Positions 26,971 through 38,940 of a stretch of 64,000 nt of DNA are shown here, one piece after another. The stretch covers positions 96,970,001 to 97,034,000 of the forward strand of contig CM052817.1 in assembly GCA_028534125.1 (NCBI GenBank), given 5' to 3'. Origin of the DNA: Lama glama (taxonomy: Eukaryota). The translations under genes and the position numbers were made by a program. A model generated the notes under the pieces. It ran no database searches and was not told the origin of the DNA. It saw nothing but the letters and a program-made list of their open reading frames with translations. Positions within the stretch are counted from its first letter, which is position 1; the number at the start of each line of letters is the position of its first letter.

Positions 26971-28849
26971 TCAGCTCTGATAGCCTGATAAAACATTTGG
27001 CCCTTGTCAGGACTCTCAATTTTGTCCTCTCTGGTTCTGCCCACTTCTTGTCACCTCGTTTTGGCTGCTGTCCTGTCTTCTGTCTCCCCCATCTCCATTT
27101 GTGAGTTTCCCTTGTGATTTACTTCCCTGTGATCAGCTCTAGATTTCCTAGGCTTTTTCCTTCTGAAAATCAGTCTTTATTTCCCTTGAATCACGCCTCT
27201 GCAGGTAATTAACAAAGTCTCTGGCTGTGACCTTTGTGGCTGCTTTCAGAATTTCTGTTGAGTGCCCCGGCTCCCTTCTGAAATACCTGAAATGCATCTC
27301 TTTGTTTCCTTGCCTTACATGGGCTCTTCCTCCCTTAACTTCCCTTTTTCTTCTCAATGGTTCCACTGTTCTCTGTCACCCAGACAGGATAATTTAGTCA
27401 TCTTTGATTCAGTACTTTCCTTGGCTACATTGTGTTATAGAAAAGCCACTGTTAATCCCAAGCTGTCAGTGAAGAAGCTGAAGCCTGGAAAGGTTGTCAG
27501 TTGCCCAGGGTCCCCCGACTGGTCACAGATGACACTAGTGTGTGAACTCCAGTCTGTCTGATACCAGAACCCGTCCTCCCAATCACTGTGCTATCCTGGA
27601 GCCAAGGAGCTTTGTGATAAGGCTTTTCCAAAGGACAGCTACCCTTACTTTCGTAAACTGTGTCAAATGTTCGGAAGTTGTGACTTTTGCTTTTAACAAT
27701 ACCGACACTAGCAATCTGAGCATTTTCTCTGGAAACACTGTGCATATGTTTCCTCTCTTACTGACCCAAAAGAAATTTGTAAATTTGCTACGCCAGATTT
27801 TTTGCCTTCTCCTCTTCTGCGGGGGTAGAAGGGAGGAGTGACAGTGGTGGGGGGGCAGGTTCTTTATTTCCTTCTCCTTACCAATAGAAGAAAGGGCTCA
27901 TTTATCCTTGTACTTGTTAAGATGGAATTTTGTTACTTAAAAGTAGTATTGGCCATCAAGTGTGAAAGCTGTTATTTAAAATTTGAATTCATAACTAGTG
28001 AGATTGAATGTGTGTGTGTTTATTAGTGGATGGGTGACACCAATTGAAATGTCATCTCTTGTGGAAACACTTCACAGCCATAACTAGAAATCATACTTAC
28101 CGAGATGTTTAGGCGTCCCGAGGCCCAGTCAAGTTCAGACACAAAATTAGCCATTATAGCCACACTGTTTCACACCTCTGCCTATCCTCATGATCAGCTA
28201 GCCCTAGCCTCCATTCTTTGATTGTGTTCTGGCTTTAGCTTATATTTTTCTGATCATAAAAGCAGGTAATGCTAAATGAAGACTACTTTGAAAATAGTAA
28301 AAATCCATTGGTTAGGATTTTGGTAGGGAGGCTTGCCTTCAGAACTGTTGTGTGTGCACTGACATACCTTTCTCCTGCTTTCAGTGATCATGTGTCTTAT
28401 TTCTTTACCCAGTACTTCCTCCCTCTTTGAATGGGGCTAGTTTTCAGGAGGTCCAGACTTGGGTCAGGAGGCCCCGAGAGGCCTGGATTGTGTGGGCTGT
28501 GCTGTCTGGAATCTTGGTCTGTGTTGACCTTGCCCTCAAGGAAGCATGAGACCAAGAAGGGGACCTCACTGCCCTCACTGTGCCACTTGCACAGGTGTTT
28601 CCTGACAGCTTTCCCACGTTTGCTCCGTGTCCTGCTTCCTGTTGGCTGTGCGTTCCCCAGTGGAGCCCTCTCTTATCTGCCAGTCTTCTGGGGAAACTTT
28701 CCTTTCCCCAGGCCGTCCACAGAACCTTTCCTGAAAATTCCTGACCTCTAGCATTTCAACAGAAGCAAGACATTTTGATTATTTACATGGATTTTTATAA
28801 GGGCATTGAAAGGAAAGGGTCTTGTGGCCCAGTTGTGGTGGCCTGTGTA

Positions 28850-29349
28850 NNNNNNNNNNNNNNNNNNNNNNNNNNNNNNNNNNNNNNNNNNNNNNNNNNN
28901 NNNNNNNNNNNNNNNNNNNNNNNNNNNNNNNNNNNNNNNNNNNNNNNNNNNNNNNNNNNNNNNNNNNNNNNNNNNNNNNNNNNNNNNNNNNNNNNNNNNN
29001 NNNNNNNNNNNNNNNNNNNNNNNNNNNNNNNNNNNNNNNNNNNNNNNNNNNNNNNNNNNNNNNNNNNNNNNNNNNNNNNNNNNNNNNNNNNNNNNNNNNN
29101 NNNNNNNNNNNNNNNNNNNNNNNNNNNNNNNNNNNNNNNNNNNNNNNNNNNNNNNNNNNNNNNNNNNNNNNNNNNNNNNNNNNNNNNNNNNNNNNNNNNN
29201 NNNNNNNNNNNNNNNNNNNNNNNNNNNNNNNNNNNNNNNNNNNNNNNNNNNNNNNNNNNNNNNNNNNNNNNNNNNNNNNNNNNNNNNNNNNNNNNNNNNN
29301 NNNNNNNNNNNNNNNNNNNNNNNNNNNNNNNNNNNNNNNNNNNNNNNNN
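28850..29349. other. Assembly gap, exactly 500 N
   Basis: Run of N counted from line coordinates; the round size suggests a scaffolding placeholder. Confidence 0.99.
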
Positions 29350-29545
29350 TTGTAGAACAGATAAACAAGATTACACTGTATAGCACAGGGAAATATACAC
29401 AAAATGTTATGATAAATCACAGAGAAAAAAATGTGACAATGAGTGTGTATATGTCCATGTATGACTGAAAAATTGTACTGAACACTGGAATTTGACACAA
29501 CACTGTAAAATGATTATGAATCAATAAAAATGTAAAAAAAAAAAA
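29350..29545 (+). mobile_element. L1 3' end at the contig start, cut by the gap
   Basis: CTGTATAGCACAGGGAAATATA...TCAATAAAAATGTAAAAAAAAAAA. Confidence 0.88.
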
Positions 29546-30444
29546 GAAAAGTTCTCTGGCAGTTAAGACGGATTTTTGCCATATATCCCTCCTGTGCATA
29601 CATTTTTTAAAAAGATGATAAGGAAAAGATATTTAAGATATTTCTAAAGCTTCTTCAGCATCTAACTCTCCTGAATCACATTCATCTCAGTCACCAATGT
29701 CGGATTTTCCCCACACGTCTTTCCTCTGCCATCCAGGATCCTGGAGCCGTGTCGTTTCTTTAAGGGGTTCTCCACTGTGGTCTCCAGGAGTTTCTTCCAC
29801 GGTGGTGGCATCCACTCTTTAGGTCCTATTACTGACACTTCCTCAACCTACCCAGCAGGTCTCAATGGCAAGTTTTCAAACCACCACCAGAATTCCTATT
29901 TCCTCCTTAAGTGCTACATGAGTGGTTAGTCCACTGAAGTGCTGAAGGGCCACAGTTGTCCAAATAACCCAGGAAAAACAACCAGATTCACATTTCTTCA
30001 CGTCCGCGGTCTGGGGGACATGAGCTATAAGGACACCTATCCTTCCCACCCAGATTCAGAGGTGGAGGGAAGGGCATTACATCTTACAAGGAGCCAAGGG
30101 CAAGGAATGTCCTTGGGATACCAGGAGACAGGAGAGATTCTCTTCATCTCTGTCACCAACTTGTGATACGTGATGTAGATCAAATCCCTCCGCTTCACTG
30201 AGTTTGTTTCCTTTTTTTTTTTTTTCAGATGAAGCAGTTAAATGTAAGTTTCCTTAAGTTCCCCCTCCGCTCTTTGTTTTAGAAGCCCAGGCCATACCTT
30301 TGAGCACTTCATGACAGGATCTAAATGAAAATATCTTCCTCGCGAAACTCCGATTCAGCTGAACTAATTCCCACTAATAGAACCAGTCCTCTGGATTGGA
30401 CAATGGAATGGGTGGGCTGGGTACATTCTGATGCCCCTCTGGGC

Positions 30445-30481
30445 TGTGTGTGTGTGTGCGTGTGTGTGTGCGCGCGCGCGC
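30445..30481. repeat. Compound (TG)n(CG)n alternating purine-pyrimidine repeat
   Basis: TGTGTG...TGCGTGTG...TGCGCGCGCGCGC. Confidence 0.95.
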
Positions 30482-31469
30482 TGGAGGGTGGAGAGTCAAG
30501 AGTCCAAGTCTACTCTGAATTCTGTCATGTTAACATATTAACTGGTTTATCCCAAGAGCTAGTTGATTCCTCAGAAGCAGAGAACAAACCCAAGGAGATG
30601 AAATATAGGAAATGTAAGTTTCAAGAGGGAAGGAGCATCTGATGATGACAAGGCTGCAAGGCCACAGATGACAGTGAGTCACCAATGGCGAGGACACTGA
30701 GTCATGAGGGAAGGCTTCACACGAAAAGATCAGGAAGGAGCCCAGGCCTCCTGTTAGAGGCAGTCCTGACTGTAACCTCTATAGGATTCTAGGTCAGAAA
30801 AAATCCAACTCCCACAAGGTGCATTCCTGAAAAACAGGTTTCACAATGAGATTGGCAACTGACTGAATTATACTGGGTTTACAAGCAAAGGTGGTGGTGG
30901 AGGGGGCAGGATTTATTTGAACAACAACCAAAAAGAAACAATGTTGTCAAATGGTAAAGGTCAGTTCCAAGGAGGAAAAAACCCTTCACAAATTTAGATC
31001 ATTGACAACTTTGAAACTAAACTGAGAAATATCTTCTTAGGTTTAAAATGGATTTTTCCCCATTGGAATGCACACGCCAACCTTAGTCTGCATAAAAAAA
31101 TGTGTCACTGTATCTGTAAAAGAACTGATTAAAATAGGTTTGATATACCATATAAAATAAAATTAGATGACAATAAAGGCACAGTCTTTCCAATGGCATG
31201 TAATGAGTTCACATTATAGGAACTCAAAAGCAATGTGAAACACAAATTGAGTAACACTAAAATTCCTAACAGCAGAAACTTGTCCCATTGAAACAAACAA
31301 ACTAAATCCAGTCCAAAATCCTTTGGAAACGACACGTAAAAGCGCAGGGTCTTAGAGACTACTGTAATCTCCTGGGAGACGTAAAGTCATCAACAAGCAA
31401 TTGACAGTGTTTCTACCTTTCAAACATTCAGCTGCAAGACTGCAAATGCCAGGGCAGCTGGCGCCTGAG

Positions 31470-31745
31470 GCCAGGGGTTCTGATCTCGGCATGTTTCACA
31501 ATAACCTGGAAGGCTTATTAGACCACAGCCTGGGGGCTCACCTTCTGAAATGGTCTACGGAATGTTTATCTTTCTAAATAAACTCACTTTCCCTTTAAAA
31601 AAAAAAAAAAGAACACAGCCCAATGGGCCCCACTCCTGATTCAGGAGGTCTGGGGTAAGGTCCGAGAATTTGCATTTCTAACAAGTTCCCAGGTGATACT
31701 GCCACTGAGGGTCCAGGGACCAGGCCTTGAGAGCTACTGCCCTAG
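31470..31745 (+). mobile_element. MER5A-like DNA transposon interrupted by a short retrocopy
   Basis: CCAGGGGTTCT...CCGAGAATTTGCATTTCTAACAAGTTCCCAGGTGATACTG...CTACTGCCCTAG. Confidence 0.8.
31531..31610 (+). mobile_element. Short polyadenylated retroposed fragment resembling an ERV LTR R region
   Basis: AATAAA at 31577-31582, A14 at 31597-31610, TSD AGACCACAGCC/AGAACACAGCC. Confidence 0.7.
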
Positions 31746-31819
31746 GGTGTACCAGTGAGAGAATGTCATGAAAATTCCTCCCAAGAGGTGAAAGGTATTT
31801 TATTTTAACCACCAAGTAT

Positions 31820-31985
31820 TTTTTTTAAATTGACATATAGTCGATTTACAATGTTGTGTCAGTTTCTGGTGTATAGCACACTCAGTTATACATATATATT
31901 CTTTTTCATATTCTTTATCATTATAGGTTATTACAAGATACTGAATATAGTTCCCTATGCTGTACAGTAGGACCTTGTTGTTTAA
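31820..31985 (-). mobile_element. L1 3' end fragment
   Basis: TTTTTTTAAATTGACATATAG...ATAGTTCCCTATGCTGTACAGTAGGACCTTGTTG. Confidence 0.85.
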
Positions 31986-34539
31986 TACCATGAAGCACTT
32001 TTGAAATTAAAAGAAAAAGTAATAAAATGCCTGAAGCGGAAAATCAAAGTCAAAAGCCCCAAAAGATACAGAAATCACTTAACCAAAAGCTTTGGTGAGA
32101 TCCTTGCAACCATGAAAGAATGAGGAAGGAGTGAAACAAACAGACAAGAGTTGAGGAAACACTCAGCGCGTCTTGCCTGGAACCATCTAAGCTAATTAAC
32201 AGAAGCCTTCGATCCTCAGAAGCCTAGGGCCCTCTTTATTGGAACAGAAGCTCTGGGCCAACCACCCAGCAAGCGTTCCCTGGCCCAGTGTTTCCACAAG
32301 AGTGAAATCTGCAGTGGGAAAAAATTGTTTGGGTAGGGGTTGGGGCGGGGAAAAAGGTCTCAAAAGCATCAAGACTGTGTACACACAGGATCTTCTTATT
32401 CAAGTGGGGAAAGGAATGCAACTGGGGGACAGGACACCCCCTCGGGTCTGCAGGCCAGCCCAGCAGCCCCAGCAGCCCACTCGGAACCAGAGGGAGGAGA
32501 CTGTGCACCATCTGGCAGGCTCCGCCTTCTCTCTCTGGGCATCCCCTCTTCCCCAAGCCTCCCCCCACCTCTGGGCCTCAGGCAACTGCCCTGATTTGCC
32601 AGGACCCTCAGAAACTGAGAGTAACATTGAAGCCCCGAACAAAAACAGAAAGACAGGACGCAACACATGTAAGAGAAGCAAAGACACTACAAAGGGCTTT
32701 CAAAAGAACATCATCAACACAACAGCACTATTTTAAAAGTCCTTAAATTCCTGGACAGCTGCCCAACTTGGATCAGTACAGCATGTCCCGCCACGCCAGA
32801 GGGAACATCTCCGGAATCCTGGCAGGGACACGCCGCATAGGACTTTCCTCAGGGGACATGCAGGGAAGCGAGCCCAGCCGCCCCAGCCACGAACCATCCC
32901 CGGCTCCCCACTCTCACAGTCAAGGCTGGCAATACTCTCAGTAAGAATCACTCACCTGAAAACACCGTCCTGAAGAAGGCCACATTGGTCTTTTCAAGGA
33001 CACAGCACATCCATCCATAAAAGCTGGACTCCCGTGCATGGAGAGAAATGCCCTGATGTCCTAGACTGGCCTTCTCTGCACTCCCCCCCCAACAGTCCAT
33101 CGTAACAGCGACAGAGCTGGACACAGGTAGGGGGGATATGCAAACACAGCCGTCCCTTTCTTCCAAATTCATTCCAGTTTTTTCCCTTAAGGAAGAAACG
33201 CTTCACTGTCCTCTTTCTTTACCTGGCCAACTCAGATGTGTCATCTCAGGCCAGAAATGACGTCTCCAAAATGCCTCCCCCGACCCCCCAGTAACTGTTA
33301 CCGCAAAGCATGCTTGTGGCAGTCTCCCCAGTGGACCTCTCGAGGGTAGGAACTATGCCTTTGTCCTGACAGCACTGGGCACTAACAAGCGTGTTTGCTG
33401 AGCTCCACCTGTCTACCCAGCCTGCTAAAGCACAGAGATGAGGCGTGCGAACACATACACGGGTGGCTCAGAACCTACAAAGCGCAACATCTTCCTGATC
33501 ACTGGGCTTCCAGACTAATGTCTTTATCCCCTAAAGCCCAAAGTCCTCTATCTTAACATTTATTTCAGAAACGGAAAGCTTTTTAAAAGCTCTTTGGCCC
33601 TAGCCTTTGCCTTCTAAAACACAGATTATATAAATTTGCTTCAACACTGTAATGACTCAGTCTTACTTGTGAATATCTATTATCATGCTGCACCGTCATT
33701 CAATTTAGGACCTCAGGAAATACTAATCACTCGTAAAGATTCAGTGAACACTAAGATTTTGTTAAACTCTAGGAACCAACTTTAGAATATTTTCACCTCT
33801 ATTTTACAGCTATCATCTCGCATTCCTTCATTAACATGCAGCTTTTAACCGGCTGTTGTTTCGTAACACTTTTAAGTAAAACAAGAGTTTTAAAAAGCTC
33901 TCAGGATGTGCTGGCATCCGTTTTAGCTCCTTAAACACCTTCCTTATCTCCTTGTCACTGGGGGGGTTGGGGGGTAAGAGCTGGTTAAACTAGACAAAGG
34001 CTCCCCTCTGCGTCTCTGCCCCACAAACTCCAATCCAAGTACCAGATCTTCCATGAAGTCTCCCCACAAGCACAGAATTAGCTGCTCCCCACTCTAGGCA
34101 AGCACGCCCTACACTTTCGTTTGGCACTTAGTGTAATATATTTTAATTCACTTTTTACCAGCTACTCTCCAGGACCACACTGGACACTTCTTGAGGGAGG
34201 TATCTTTTCTCATTCAAACATTTGAGTGGTGTCTAGGAAAACACCAAAGATTTTTTTCTACTAAGTGTGCAGAGCTATTTAAGGAAGCCAAAAGAGCCAT
34301 AATGATGCCACACCATTGACGCAGTTAAAATAAAAACAAAGTGATCGCTGACTATCAAGATTAGACAGAAAACCCAGATAACGTCAATAGGGGTTAAATG
34401 TCAATTTTTTCCACTTTTGTTATTAATCATATTATTATCACGCACTGATAACTCAGGAAGCACTCCTATTTTAAAGGTCTTTTAAAGCTAATGGAAGAGT
34501 ATCAGGAATTCCTATCCAAGGGAAAAAGGGAAGAAGAAA

Positions 34540-35010
34540 AACATATAAACTAAAAGAGACTTACAAACTTATCACTCAAATGCAATGTGTCTGGGTCCAG
34601 ATTCAAGCAAATCAACTGTTACTGGAGGGGTGGAGGTGAAGAGGAGACAAAAATGTAAATGAATATCAGAAAAAAAAATGAATATGGTCTAATTCTTCGT
34701 AAAGAAAGAAGAGTTATCTTTTCGAGCTATACATTAAGGATGTATATATGTAATATATATGTAAATCCATATATATCCATACATATGTATATCCATACAT
34801 ATCCATATATGTAAATATGGATAAAATGATATGATACTGGACTTTCTGTCAAAATAACGGGGATGGGGTAGTGACGAGTACCAGAGAAACAAGGCTGGCT
34901 GTGTGGGATGGTTACTGAAGCTGAATACAAAGTATGTGTAGTTTAATTATATTTTTCTCTCTACTTTTTGCACATGCCCGAAATTTTCCAAGATAAAAAG
35001 TTAAAATAAT
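34540..35010 (+). mobile_element. Old L1 (L1MC-like) 3' remnant
   Basis: AAAAGAGACTTA...AAATGATATGATACTGGA...CTCTACTTTTTG...AAATTTTCCAAGATAAAAAGTTAAAA. Confidence 0.65.
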
Positions 35011-35371
35011 AATTTAAAAAAGCATTAGGTGTCCTATTAATTCTGCGGTTGGTGGCAGCTGCCCCCAACTGCTTTCTGGCTTTGGATAGTTTCCCTCTAT
35101 CCAGCAGGAGTTGTCGTTCTCACAAACGGGCTGTAACAGAAGCCATTCCCTTCTGAGGTGCACTGTCTTATACAGACAACATTCTGTCCCCATCCCTGTC
35201 TTCCTCGTCCCACCTGAGACAGAGCCCCCGCCAACCCCCATCACAGCAGAAGATTTAAATCAGCAAGTCAGCTAACAAGAGCTCCGAGAACTACACTTTC
35301 TTTAGCAGACAGCCTGGAGCTCAACATTCCAGTTTTCTGACCTAGCCAATTCATCTCGTAAAACAGAAATA

Positions 35372-36202
35372 CAGTCATCCTTCAGTATTTAGTGGGGACA
35401 GGTTTCAGGACCCTCGTGGATACCGAAATCCTAGGATACTCAAGTCCTTTGTATCAAACGGCAGTGTTTGCACATAACCTACCCACATCCTCCTCTATAC
35501 TTCAGATCATCTCTAGATCACTTACAACACATAATACAGGCATACATCAGAGACAGTGCAGGTTCCATTCCAGACCTCTGCAACAGAGCAAATGTCACAA
35601 TAAACCAAATCACACGTCTTTTGTGGTTTCCCAGTGCATATGAAAGCTATGTGTACACTATACTGTAGTTCATTAAGTGTGCAACAGCATTATGTCTTTA
35701 AAAAACAATGCACCCACCTTATTTTTAAAATACACCTTATTGCTAAAAAAAATGCCAACCATCATCTGAGCCTTCAGTGAGTCATGATCTCTTTGCAATA
35801 TGAACATCAAAGATCACTGATCACAGTTCACCATAACAAATATAATCATGAAAAAGTCTGAACTATCACAAGACTTACCAAAATGTGACACAGAGACAAA
35901 AAGTGAGCAAGTGCTGTTGGAAGAATGGTACCTAAAGATTTGTTTGCCAAAGGTTGCGACAAACCTTCAATATGTAAAATTCACATTATCTACAAAGCAC
36001 AATAAAGCGAGGTGCAGCAGAACCAGGGCATGCCAGTATAATGAAACTACCGTATGAATAGTTGTAAATGCAATGTAAATGCCACGTAAATCATCGTCTG
36101 CATGTGGCAAATTCCAGTTTTGCTTTCTGGAACCTTCTGGAGTTTTTTCCAAATATTTTTGGGCCATCGATACAGAATCCACCAACACATAGGGTCAGCT
36201 AC
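35372..36202 (+). mobile_element. MER2-like Tigger-family DNA transposon, host of a nested Tigger1
   Basis: TA|CAGTCATCCTTCAGTAT...ATCATCTCTAGATCACTTACAACACATAATA matches the recalled MER2 5' part; the element resumes after 36038. Confidence 0.82.
35537..36036 (-). mobile_element. Internally deleted Tigger1 with both termini and TA TSD
   Basis: TA|CAGGCATACATCAGAGA...AGGGCATGCCAG|TA; internal TTTCCCAGTGCATATGAAAGCTATG and TGACACAGAGACAAAAAGTGAGCA Tigger1 blocks. Confidence 0.87.
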
Positions 36203-36249
36203 AGGATATCAAGACAGAGTATTTCAGTATTTCTGTGGAACTAAAATCT

Positions 36250-36560
36250 AACATCACTCTGCCTGGAACTCTCTTCCCCCAGATACCACGATGCCTCATA
36301 GTTCTCGACTAAAAAGACCTTCCTTCCTGCACCATTCTCCTTGTAACAGCACCACACCTCACGCCCTCACTCCTTGCCTTTCTCAATTTCATTTTGTAGC
36401 CCTTATTGCTGCTTGACAATGTATCGTTCATTTGTTAATCACCTTCCTTTTCTAAAATATAACCTCCATGAGAACAGGGACTTTGTTTACCTCTGTGGGC
36501 TCAGATTCTAAACAGTAACTGAAACATAAAAGGAGACCCAATACATATTTGCTAAATGCT
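36250..36560 (+). mobile_element. L2 3' remnant
   Basis: CTCTGCCTGGAACTCTCTTCCCCCAGATA...AACCTCCATGAGAACAGGGACTTTG...AATACATATTTGCTAAATG. Confidence 0.7.
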
Positions 36561-37044
36561 CAGGATCCCAGGAAAATACAACAAAATGGCAAAGAGGGTT
36601 GAGAACAAGGTTGACACTATTGACATAAACTAGCAACATGCACTTTCATCACCACCAACACACCCATCCATACCCACTTCATGCCATAGAGGGGTGACTT
36701 CACGGCACTATTTTTATCACTATCATATTTAGACTTTGCTAAACAGCTGAGAAATCAGTGACTTCAAGAGCACAGGAATAGTGGTTGAATACATCAGTTT
36801 GTGTCCAAAGAACCTCACAGGAGCACAGGACCTTCACATACCCTCTATATTACTGACAAGATATACAAATTGTCTCAGAATTTAGGGTACAGTGTGAATC
36901 ACATCAGAGCTTTCAAAGGCTATAGGTCTCCGTCTTTTTAAATCAAAACCAGTGCTTTCCTCCTGCTTTTCCTACTCCAGTTCTACCAACTAGAAATCCC
37001 CACCAGCCACCACCCAGGTGACAGTGACATCTAGGAAGCAGGCC

Positions 37045-37250
37045 ACAGTGGCGGGTGGTTCAGAGTGTCTGATTCTGGCACGTCCCAGCACCATCTCTCA
37101 GCCACCATGTGATCGTAGGCAAGGTGCTGCGTCTCAGTTTCCTCATTTGTAAATTGCAGGGCAGTAACGCAGTCTATTTCATAGGGCTGATGTGAGAATT
37201 AAATGACAATATGAGGTAAACAGCTTAGCACTAGGCACAGAGTAAGTTAA
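37045..37250 (+). mobile_element. MIR SINE
   Basis: Core CTCAGTTTCCTCATTTGTAAATTG...TCATAGGGCTGATGTGAGAATTAAATGA. Confidence 0.8.
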
Positions 37251-37505
37251 ACTATCTTAGCTGTCACGTTCAATATTATTACCACCACATCTGAATCCCT
37301 CAGACACTTACCCTTTTACATAACTGTAGTTAGTACTCATTCTCAGGAACATCAAAAAAATAGTTGGATCATTTTTTTAAAGCCTGAAAAAACTGGTGAG
37401 AATAGATAGTGTATCATAATCCAGTGGCAATTCTGCTGTAAATCTTTGTTGAATGAATGAATATGTCATTAGGAGGGAAACACAAGCTTTTAAGAAAGGT
37501 GGGTA

Positions 37506-38085
37506 ATTCCTGGGCATATATCCACAGGGAACTCTAATTTGAAAAGACACATGCACCTCAGAGTTCACAGCAGCACTATTTACAATAGCCAAGACATGGA
37601 AGCTACCTAAACCCTTACTGACAGATGAATAGATAAAGTTGTGGTATATTTATACAATGGAATACTACTCAGCTATAAAAAAGATTAAATAATGCCATTT
37701 GCAGCAACATGGACAGACCTGGAGATCATCATTCTAAGTGAAGTAAGCCAGAAAGAGAAAGAAAAATACCACATGATATCACTCACATGTGGAATCTTGA
37801 AAAAAAAAAAAGACACAAATAAACTTATTTCCAAAACAGAAACAGACTCACACAGAAAACAAACTTATGGCAGATACTAATTACTATATACAAAATAGAT
37901 AAAGTTTCTACTGTATGGCACAAGGAACTATGTTCAATATCTTGTAATAATGAAAAAGATGAAAAGGAATATATGCATGTCCATGTATAACAAACATTAT
38001 GCTGTACACCAGAATCTGACGAAAGAAAAGACAAGACAGAAAAAGAAAGGAAAAGAAAAAAGGAAGAGAAAAGGAAAGAGAAAGT
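37506..38085 (+). mobile_element. L1 3' fragment with GA-rich tail
   Basis: ORF 37692-37880 ([23 protein letters not shown]) is L1 3' sequence; purine-rich tail at 38021-38085. Confidence 0.9.
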
Positions 38086-38707
38086 AAATCTTCTTCAAAA
38101 CCCCTCAGAATTCATTGCTGGACGTATGTTACGTAAGATAATGCACCCAGCATAGCATCGGGCATGAGGGGGGCACCCCGTGCAGGGCTGCTATGATTAT
38201 TACTGCTGTGATCACGAATCTCAAGGCAAAGTAGGATCTGAAAGACATCCAGGTTCAAGTTCTCTCCCTCTCCACACAGCCTAGAAATCCCCAAAAGTAT
38301 GAGGCGGAGCTCCAACACCGCCTTGCCGTCCTCCGTCTCTACATATGCTTTTCTCCTTTGGTCCTCCTGACCCATTAAGGTTATGCATGAGACTCTATTT
38401 CAATACAAGTGCTCCAGGGCTAACAAAAACCTAAAAAGCACTGACACAGTTCAACACACTGTTTTACAGATGAACACACAGTGCCTTGGTCTAGAGGTCC
38501 AACAACTTGTCCAAGATCTCACCCTGGGTGGCACCACAGTGGAACTAGAAATCCGGGCTCCCAGAACCTCATCCAGGGCTCCTTCCATGACCAGGCACTG
38601 CCTCATCCATGGGTAAATGCACCAAAACTTCCACCAGAACCAGTTTCGAAAGACAGACGTTCCCCCACTTAAAGGACGGATTTGTTCATTTACATCCCAC
38701 AACTCAC

Positions 38708-38769
38708 CATAATTTCTCTCTGCTCTTCCAGATTCTTCAAAAAATTAGAAAATTCGCGTAAGGAAGCAT
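38708..38769 (-). CDS. ARHGAP10: ARHGAP10 coding exon 3, BAR domain, 62 bp
   Basis: Minus strand ctcctcacag|AT GCT TCC TTA CGC GAA...ATT ATG|gtgagt encodes (D)ASLREFSNFLKNLEEQREIM. In frame with exon 2 across a 75-nt intron. Confidence 0.96.
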
Positions 38770-38844
38770 CTGTGAGGAGAAAGGAGTGATTATTTCATGG
38801 CCAGAGCAAAGGACAGAGCAAACCAAAACCTCGTCTTCACCCAC

Positions 38845-38940
38845 CTATGCAGCGTTCATCGTCAGTCTCCGCGTCACCGATAAATTCAAATTTAAAGTCT
38901 CGGAGTGAATGAGCAAACTTCCGCTGGGCTGCCGAGAGAC
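38845..38940 (-). CDS. ARHGAP10: ARHGAP10 (GRAF2) coding exon 2, BAR domain, 96 bp
   Basis: Minus strand reads ttctttctag|GT CTC TCG GCA GCC CAG...TGC ATA G|gtgggt. Translation LSAAQRKFAHSLRDFKFEFIGDAETDDERCI matches the recalled ARHGAP10 N-terminal BAR sequence. Canonical AG/GT, phase 1-1. Confidence 0.96.
   Translation of the reverse strand, partial: VSRQPSGSLLIHSETLNLNLSVTRRLTMNAA

Noticed and set aside
1..28849. Additional coding exons or the ARHGAP10 promoter/exon 1
   Set aside because: No CpG island and no peptide matching the N-terminus (MGLQPLEFSDCYLDSP..., recalled) was seen. The region is consistent with intron 1, though small alternative exons cannot be excluded by eye.
28748..29498. 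Long ORFs of 177-239 aa (and similar ones at 48295-49069)
   Set aside because: Artefacts of translating through N gaps.
38708..38940. Minus-strand exons as a processed pseudogene or paralog (ARHGAP26/ARHGAP42/OPHN1)
   Set aside because: The intron and splice sites are retained, the peptide fits ARHGAP10 best from memory, and these exons have no plus-strand counterpart in the window.
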